A DNA stretch of 64,000 nucleotides from NCBI GenBank assembly GCA_041917695.1, contig JAYRXE010000033.1, forward strand, positions 38,490 through 102,489. Direction: 5' to 3'. Below the pieces are notes generated by a model, which was not told the DNA's origin, did not search any database, and worked only from the letters and a program-made list of their open reading frames with translations. The translations under genes were made by a program, and so were the position numbers. Below, piece by piece: positions 57,552 to 64,000 of this stretch (its first letter is position 1; every line of letters begins with the position of its first letter). This stretch comes from Minisyncoccota bacterium. GTDB lineage: Bacteria; Patescibacteriota; Minisyncoccia; UBA6257; GWB1-50-10.

Positions 57552-60420
57552 CGTTGTTTCTCCATTTGATCCGCGTAGATGTTCAGGGCCGCAAGGTCCT
57601 CGTCCGTCAGGCGGGTTTTGCGTTCAAAGGCCAAGCCACGCGGGTAACGGTTGGCAAGGAAGGTGATTGCCAGAACCGAGTTCCCCAATTTTTCCCGAAC
57701 CGCCCGCAAGACAGTGACTTCGTTCGGCTCGCTCGTGAACGTCCAGAGGTAGTAATCGGACAGTTCGAGCTGGAAGAGGTCGGACCTTTGGGAAACTCCC
57801 TCCCCGGTCACCATCACGAACTGGGCATGACTGCCGGGGAGGTTCGAAATGTTTTCAATCCCGGCCGCCGCATCCTTTGAGATGGAAAAGTCTGAAATCA
57901 TCTTTGAATAGTCCCCATTCTGGCGACCGATGATTTTCAGACCGACGTGTTCCACGATGTTTTTCAGGCCGTCGACCTGTTTTGCGTTTTGAGCGATGAA
58001 AAGGGTTCGTACGTTTTCTTTTCGGCCCTGAAACGCCCCCTTCGAGATGGCGTAAAGAATCTCGGGGTAATCGCTGGCGATCCGGCCCATCTCGTCAAAG
58101 ATGTTCAGACGGGGAAGGCGTTCACCACCTTTGGACGGACCGATTGCTCGGGTGGTCCGGACGGCAACGCGGTACGCCAGCGACCGCCGAACATCTTCGG
58201 GGAACAGGGCCAAAGACTCCATGTCGTAAACGATCAGCGATGAGTCGGTGAGGTAGGACGGATCCATTCGGTTATCCAGCCAAGGGTTCCCCCTGTAACG
58301 TCGAAGCCGAAGCAGAATATCCTGGGCTTTACCCTTGATCGTTTCGCTGTCGAATGCGCCGCCGCCGCACCATTGTTCAAGGGCTTCGATGAAGTCACTC
58401 AGGATGGGTTCTTTTTTCGATTCCGTTTGAAATGCCCGGTTGTGAGCGCAGGCCCCGGTGTAGACCTCGCGGACCACCGGTTCCAGAATGCCGTCGGCGA
58501 GGCTGTCGTGAATGTCGATGCCGGCAAGGGCTTTCAGGTCACCAAGAACGAGTGTGACCTGTTCTTCCTCGACCGGGAGTCCCTCTCGAAGGCCATCGTA
58601 GTATCCGATGTTGAACCCCTTTTTGATTTTGGGATCGAATTGAAAAAGAAGTCCCCCGGTAACCTCAGCCATTGTTTTGAAACTGTTGAAATCGACGATT
58701 TGAACTTTGGCGGTCGGATGGGTCGCCAAGGTATCGAGGCCCAGGACTCCGGCGAGGACTGATTTCCCCGATCCCGTTTCCCCGAACAGCGCTGTCCCCG
58801 GCGCTCTGGTCGTACCCGCTTCAAAAAGGTCGATCCCCGTCAGTTCTCCGGTCTGAGCGCGAAAAAACGTATGCGGGACGGCGGAGGGCGACCACGCTTT
58901 CTCGACATTGATGAACGTGGCGACCGACTGGGCAATTTCCTCGATTTCACGCCCACTTTTCGATCCCGAGATTTCACCAACGAGCAAGCCGGGATAGAGA
59001 CAGAGCGCAGCCGAACGGTTTTCCCGTATCGCGTTGACGCCGGGAATATCCCGACATGAATTAAGGACGGCCTTGGCTCGGCGATCCAGGGCGTCGCTCA
59101 AGTCTTCGGGCAGTTCTTTTTGTTTGCTGAAGTCCGCGGCTTGCTTCGGAGAGAGAGGTTCGCCGTAAACCAGGATGATTTTTTTGCAGGACATGATCTG
59201 GGTTTGGCCGGTGGCCATGTCTCCGCGAAGCGCGTCCAATTCGGCGATCTGTTGTCCGGCTTCCTTGGTCGCGCCGCCGCCGAAAAGATTTCCGCCGGCG
59301 CGGGTCGTCCATTCAATTTTCCGGTCATACAGTTTACGGCGCTGCATCTGGTCGACGACTTCGAGTTCGGTGACGAACGTATGCCGGAACAGGAGTCGTG
59401 GGTTCATTGAGAGCGGGCGCATCACCGTGGGGAATGTACCCGAACGCTTTCCGTCACCCGAGGATTGGGGCGGCGTTGTCATCGAGACGATGGCGACTGG
59501 AGTCCGGCCATGAACGATGGCATCGTCGCCGAACACAATTCTTTCGTCGGAAAGGTAGCGACCGATGTCGTCGGTGATACTCGGTGTTCGTGGAGATGAG
59601 ACTGCCAATTCGTTATGGCTGAAAAAAATCGCGTCCCACAATTCCGAGGATGTGAATCGGCGAATTTCAAAGGGGCAGTTTCGGAGGACCTGTTGAAAAA
59701 TATCTTCGGCTTTTTTTCGTGCGGCATTTTCTTCGGCGATCATTCTCCGGACGAGTTCATTTTCCTGGAGGCAGTCCAGGATAGCTTTCACATCAAACCT
59801 GCCCCGAGTTTTCAGGACAGTTTTCACTTGGAGCATCATCTCGTGGAATGCCAGTTTTATCCCCGGACTGAGCGTCCCCGTTGGAACCCGTACCCACAGG
59901 GTATGCCTCGAACTTTTGAATTCACCGGATTCGATTTTTGCGTTCAAATATTTCAGGTTGCGGGCATGAAGTTCTTGGCAGGCCCCAACCTTTTTTGAGG
60001 GGGATAAACGAGAAAGGTGGTTTCTTAAATTTGTTCCCTCGTCGATATTTACGGACTGTCTGAATTGATAAATCGTCCCGACGGGAGCCTCATTGGTGAG
60101 CCACGTCACCGTGCGCCGGTGATCTTCAGCGATGGTGTCATCGTGGGCAAAAAGGCTCTCCATCGGGGTTAATTCAAAACCGGCGACAAATGCTCCATCC
60201 GTTTGGCGAATGGCGTTTCTGTCGACGGAAAGGCAACGACTTTCCAGGCGGTGTCCATTCGGCGCCTTTCCGGGAACCAAGGGGAGGTCGCCGGCGCCAG
60301 GCGCGAAGAGATCGCGTAAGGCGGGAATTGCGGCGCGTGATGCTTTCATCGAGAAGTAGGTGCTGAAAGCAGCGACCCCCGTGTAGCTTAGTCCCATCAG
60401 AATTTCGTCAATGCCGTTCA
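57548..60420 (-). CDS. VirB4/TrbE conjugative T4SS ATPase
   Basis: Walker A GETGSGKSVLAG. Walker B LNIFDEMGRI. ~950 aa. ATGA overlap with the virB3 stop. ATG at 60418-60420 (MNGIDEILMGLSYTG...). Confidence 0.85.
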
Positions 60421-60744
60421 TTGTTCTTGTATCCAGTTTCTTGGCTTGATTTGGTTTGGTCGGTCGAATTGCTTCGGCGAAACCAGGTAACGGAAGAAAT
60501 GGTGAGCAAACCGTCTGGGTTTCCCAATCCTTGCCCATGCAAAAAATCCGGAAACCCCGCAGAAACTCCCGATGGCAACCAGATACCAGGCCGGAAATCC
60601 TGCCACCATCGTTCGAGCAAACCAGAAGGGAAGCGTGACCAGAAAGGTCAGGATCAGGACGATTGGCCAATCCTCAATGGCTACGCCAAAACGAATCACC
60701 GGTTGGAAGATCATCGGTCGAACAGGGTACGTTGGTTTTGACAT
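60418..60744 (-). CDS. VirB3/TrbD-like small membrane protein
   Basis: 108 aa with two TM helices (WPIVLILTFLVTLPFWF, LVAIGSFCGVSGFFAW). Sits between the pilin and VirB4. Confidence 0.6.
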   Translation of the reverse strand: MSKPTYPVRPMIFQPVIRFGVAIEDWPIVLILTFLVTLPFWFARTMVAGFPAWYLVAIGSFCGVSGFFAWARIGKPRRFAHHFFRYLVSPKQFDRPNQIKPRNWIQEQ

Positions 60745-60761
60745 AGCCCGGTCTCCAGACC

Positions 60762-61136
60762 TTAGAAATTCAAACCAGGGATCGGGGCGGATTCGCCTCG
60801 ACCGATGAGAGTACCCAGCGCCTGCCAGCCCTCATACGTGAGCAAGCAGACTCCGATGGCCATTGTCTTCCAACCACCTGAATTGAAGGTCATGAGTCCA
60901 TACAGGAAAAAACAGACCCCGGCGATGGCCGCCACGTAACGGGCGATGATCAACAGGGTTCTGCCAGAGTTGAGGGGGGCTGCCGGGTTGCCGGTGAAAA
61001 CCGACCCTTGCGCGAAGACGTGATTGAGTGACCCGAGTGCGACGACGAGTGCGACGACGACACAGGTGCGAAGTACGGCTTTGTGGAGATCAGGCGAGGC
61101 AAGGTAACCCGCCAACCTTTTGAGCTTGAACTTCAT
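60762..61136 (-). CDS. VirB2/TrbC-type conjugative pilin
   Basis: Long leader ending VFAQG. Mature part has two hydrophobic helices LLIIARYVAAIAGVCFFLYGLM and TMAIGVCLLTYEGWQALGTLIG separated by TFNSGGWK. AAGGAG RBS 7 nt upstream of ATG 61134-61136. Confidence 0.7.
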   Translation of the reverse strand: MKFKLKRLAGYLASPDLHKAVLRTCVVVALVVALGSLNHVFAQGSVFTGNPAAPLNSGRTLLIIARYVAAIAGVCFFLYGLMTFNSGGWKTMAIGVCLLTYEGWQALGTLIGRGESAPIPGLNF

Positions 61137-61156
61137 AGCGACGCTCCTTGAAAAAA

Positions 61157-61186
61157 GTATGGGCGGTGCTCCCGCGCCGCCCATAC
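61157..61186. promoter_or_regulatory. GC-rich inverted repeat between the sigma-54 promoter and the pilin start
   Basis: GTATGGGCGG-tgctcccgcg-CCGCCCATAC (10-bp stem). It overlaps the expected transcription start. Confidence 0.45.
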
Positions 61187-61189
61187 CTA

Positions 61190-61206
61190 ATCAAGTTGTG
61201 TGCCAG
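61190..61206 (-). promoter_or_regulatory. Sigma-54-like -24/-12 promoter candidate for the pilin/VirB/giant-gene operon
   Basis: Minus strand CTGGCACACAACTTGAT has TGGCAC-N5-TTGA, with -12 GA instead of GC. Upstream of it lie the tandem 29-bp repeats and a gene encoding a GAFTGA activator. Confidence 0.45.
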
Positions 61207-61251
61207 AGTTTTCTCTCGCCCTAAACTATTGAAAAATAAGGAATCTTGATT

Positions 61252-61309
61252 CTTCTAAAACTGTCGAAAGTGTCACTTATTTCTAAAACTGTCGAAAGTG
61301 TCACTTATT
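61252..61309. promoter_or_regulatory. Two perfect tandem 29-bp direct repeats, a candidate enhancer for the adjacent sigma-54 activator
   Basis: TTCTAAAACTGTCGAAAGTGTCACTTATT appears twice. It is 45-115 bp upstream of the -24 element, and the second copy overlaps the TAA stop of the activator gene. Confidence 0.7.
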
Positions 61310-64000
61310 TGGCGGATGGTTTCTTCCCTCTTTTCGATCTGATCCGGTCTGGGACTTTGCCGAGCTTTCGGAACATGGATCGTTCGATAAGGCCGGGATG
61401 AAGTTGGATTACATCCTTCCAGCTTCCACAAATTTCAAATTCGTAAGTGAGAAGGCGGAGTATGAAAAGGCGCTCTGCTTCTCTGAGAGAGACTCCCTCA
61501 AATTCTCGAAGGTCAAGGAAATGATTCTGCTCCGGGGTTTCCTGGGTCGCCCGGCTTGGTGAGGAGGCGGCGGATATCTTTCCCTGAAAATGGTACGGTT
61601 GAATTACCTTCTCTTCGGTACCCAAAAGTGCGGTAACACTTCCAATCTGGTTTTCCAGTTCCCGAATATTCCCCTTCCATTGTTGGTTTGAAAGGTATTC
61701 CAAGGCCGCCTGGCTGATTTGCAACTCACTATTCTCCTTGGCGAGAAAATGGTTTACGAGAAGGGGAATATCCTCGCGGCGTTCTCGCAGAGGGGGAATC
61801 TCGATGGTGACAACCTTCAGTCGCTGGTAGAGGTCGGAACGAAATGAACCTCTTGAAATTTCCTCTTCCAGGTTTCGGTTGGTGGCTGCGATGACACGGA
61901 CATCGACCTTGTCCTCCGTTTCTCCGCCAACGGCTTTAACCACGCCTTCTTGCAGGAAGCGCAAAAGATTGGCTTGAAGGTCGATTGGCAATTCACCGAT
62001 TTCGTCAAGAAAGAGAGTTCCCCCGTCACTGGCTCGAATCGCGCCAAGACGGTTTTCGTTTGCCCCTGTGAAAGCTCCTTTTCGGTGTCCGAATAACTCC
62101 GACTGGATCAGCTCCCTGGAAATTGCGCCACAATTCAGTGCTGTGAAGACCCGGTCACTCCGTGGGCTGACCTGGTGAACTGCCCGCGCCATGACCTCCT
62201 TGCCGGTCCCGGTTTCCCCGGTGATCAAGACTGGCTTCTCACTCCCGTTTTCTTTGAGTCGCGCAACGATTTCCAGAATCGGTTGAAGGCCTCTTGAATT
62301 CCCGACGATCCCGTTTTCAAATCCGATTTTTTGATCAAAATAAAATTCACTGGTTTTGCTAAAGGGTTCAAGTTGCTTCACGCGGGCTGAAAAGGCTCGG
62401 CGTTCACGCTCGATTTCGACTGTTTTCAGGGCCAGCGCACTCCCTCCCGTACCCAGGAAAACCCATCCTTCGGACTGCGCCTCAATCTCGAACTGGAAAA
62501 ATCCGAATGGTATTTTCCCTTCAAGGGCTTCCTCGATGAACCGGTTAAAAATCGTTTCATCCCCGGCTGAACCAAAAACGTCCCGTCCGTTTACTTTATT
62601 TCGGTAGACCAAGCCAAACCAGTTCTGGGAACGGCACAGGAAGAGAAATTCCTTGGCGAATTTTTCCGGGTCTTCGTATTCGGCGAAGAGCGAGGTCAAA
62701 TCCGGAATGGAAAAGACGATATCTGTTGAAGTTGCAGTTTCCTCTTCAGTCCATTCAAGTCCGATCCGTTTTTCAATTCGGCCAATTCGTTCCAGCGTTT
62801 CGGTAACCCCTTCCTCGTTCCCCTGGCGGCGGCAAAGTTCAAGAAAGCGGACGTTGCCGAGCCAGGTGAACAGGGGCTGATCTTCTGAGTCCTTGATGAC
62901 TTTCTTGTAATTGAGAACCGCGCCCATGAACGCCCCTGGCCCTTTTTTTTCCTGGTCGTACCCGGCCCATAATCTATTGGCAAGTTCTCCAAGGTGGTTG
63001 GTTGGTCCATCAATATTCAGCAGTCCTCGGGTGTGTGGAGGTATCGTTCCGGGACCGGCTGATGATTGGTTGTAGAACTCCCGAAATCTTTCCATCTCGG
63101 GTTTGTCCTTTCCGGAAAGCACGCGGACAAATTTTCCGCCCGCCAGAATCGAGAACGCGAAACCGCGTTTCCAACTCAGTCGGGTATCGACCAAAAGGTC
63201 GTTGATATCCCTCACTTTGCGAAAGGGAACGCGGATGAAGCCCCGAGACGCTTCCTGGATGGCCCACAGAATCCATTCGTCATCCGGTCCGATTGATCCC
63301 GCGTTTCCCGACACAACCTGTTCGGCTTTCGAAACCGCTTCGCGCCAACGGAGAAAAATACCGTTGACACAGGCTGACAGGATTAAGGCATCAGCCAAAA
63401 GATCCGGCCGGTGAGTGATTCCTTCGATTTCCAATTCGGAACATCGGCGTAGACTTTCCGGCTGGTTCCCGGATGCGACCGCCGCTCGAACCCCAACTTC
63501 CAGTAATTGATAGATCCATATCTGATCGTTTTCTGCCTTTGCGATAGCGCTTCCCGCGTCAATCGTTCTGAAGGCAAGGTCATAATTTCCGCTTTCAAGG
63601 GCGGCGACCGCCCGCCAGAATGCACCTTCTACTCTGCGACTAAAACCCAGTCTGAAGAAGTCTTCGTCGATAAATCCAAGTGCTCGATCCCACTGGCGAC
63701 CAGCCACGGCGCAGCGTCCCAGGATAAGTTTGCCGGATCGGTCGTCGATTCCCGCCAGCTTGGCGGTTTCCAGGTATTCGGAAGCGAACCTACTTGCGTA
63801 CAGGCTATTCCCAGCCAGTTCGTACAATCTTGCAAGAATGATCATTCGGTGGGCAATTTCCTGAGTTTCGACCGGTTGAAGCCCGCGTTCGATGATTGAA
63901 AGGGCATCATTGACGGCGATTTCCGCTGGCGAGAGTTCCAGGGTTCGATCCCAATAGCCCCAGGCATCCCGGAATCTTCCACCTTCCAGTGATTGGAGGA
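61305..64000 (-). CDS. Sigma-54-dependent transcriptional activator (bacterial enhancer-binding protein) with a long TPR-like N-terminal region; the 5' end lies beyond the window
   Basis: AAA+ sigma-54 interaction domain VLITGETGTGKEVMARAVH, GAFTGA, TLFLDEIGELPIDLQANLLRFLQEG, VRVIAATNRNLEE. The frame stays open to position 64000. Confidence 0.85.
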   Translation of the reverse strand, partial: LQSLEGGRFRDAWGYWDRTLELSPAEIAVNDALSIIERGLQPVETQEIAHRMIILARLYELAGNSLYASRFASEYLETAKLAGIDDRSGKLILGRCAVAGRQWDRALGFIDEDFFRLGFSRRVEGAFWRAVAALESGNYDLAFRTIDAGSAIAKAENDQIWIYQLLEVGVRAAVASGNQPESLRRCSELEIEGITHRPDLLADALILSACVNGIFLRWREAVSKAEQVVSGNAGSIGPDDEWILWAIQEASRGFIRVPFRKVRDINDLLVDTRLSWKRGFAFSILAGGKFVRVLSGKDKPEMERFREFYNQSSAGPGTIPPHTRGLLNIDGPTNHLGELANRLWAGYDQEKKGPGAFMGAVLNYKKVIKDSEDQPLFTWLGNVRFLELCRRQGNEEGVTETLERIGRIEKRIGLEWTEEETATSTDIVFSIPDLTSLFAEYEDPEKFAKEFLFLCRSQNWFGLVYRNKVNGRDVFGSAGDETIFNRFIEEALEGKIPFGFFQFEIEAQSEGWVFLGTGGSALALKTVEIERERRAFSARVKQLEPFSKTSEFYFDQKIGFENGIVGNSRGLQPILEIVARLKENGSEKPVLITGETGTGKEVMARAVHQVSPRSDRVFTALNCGAISRELIQSELFGHRKGAFTGANENRLGAIRASDGGTLFLDEIGELPIDLQANLLRFLQEGVVKAVGGETEDKVDVRVIAATNRNLEEEISRGSFRSDLYQRLKVVTIEIPPLRERREDIPLLVNHFLAKENSELQISQAALEYLSNQQWKGNIRELENQIGSVTALLGTEEKVIQPYHFQGKISAASSPSRATQETPEQNHFLDLREFEGVSLREAERLFILRLLTYEFEICGSWKDVIQLHPGLIERSMFRKLGKVPDRIRSKRGKKPSAK

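Overview
This 64-kb window from a high-GC (~58-62%) bacterium is accessory, mobile-element-derived DNA. It looks like part of a plasmid or an integrated conjugative element. Four blocks can be read.

1. Positions 1-15.8 kb are a graveyard of mobile-element fragments. It contains an rve-type IS transposase remnant and a Tn3-family tnpA with a ~300-aa internal deletion but an intact 38-bp terminal inverted repeat. It also contains a resolvase C-terminal fragment, a vapBC toxin-antitoxin pair, a tyrosine integrase and a ParB-like protein. A type I restriction-modification deletion scar fuses the hsdM N-terminus to the hsdR C-terminus, and an orphan Tn5053-type tniB follows. Four strongly AT-rich (~30% GC) foreign genes are interspersed. 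They encode two secreted proteins, one of them an HExxH zincin, a 1056-aa metallophosphoesterase plus P-loop NTPase protein, and a small membrane protein.

2. Positions 16-24.4 kb carry cargo genes. These are an Exonuclease I fused to a C-terminal SUKH/SMI1-KNR4 domain and a 1236-aa secreted trypsin-like protease with four ~255-bp tandem repeats and six FG-GAP repeats. A PD-(D/E)xK-like protein is also present.

3. Positions 24.9-26.9 kb hold a replicon module. It has ten 22-23-bp iterons with an AT-rich unwinding region, a Rep-like initiator and an XRE-family regulator.

4. Positions 27.2-64 kb (continuing past the window) form a ~37-kb minus-strand cluster. It encodes a sigma-54 enhancer-binding protein followed by VirB2/TrbC pilin, VirB3, VirB4, a TrbJ-like protein and a VirB6/TrbL-like protein. 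Next comes a 4243-aa giant protein that fuses a MobA-like relaxase, a PrimPol domain, an N6-adenine methyltransferase, an SNF2-like helicase and a long unknown C-terminus. Downstream lies a secretin / PilP-like / GspL-like / GspM-like / GspE / GspF / PilT-like module instead of VirB7-B11 and VirD4. Three sigma-54-type -24/-12 promoters are present, each preceded by members of a ~22-bp AACTGNC-N5/6-GNCAC repeat family.

The candidate novel system is this sigma-54-driven chimeric T4SS / type-IV-filament transfer apparatus together with its giant multifunctional protein.
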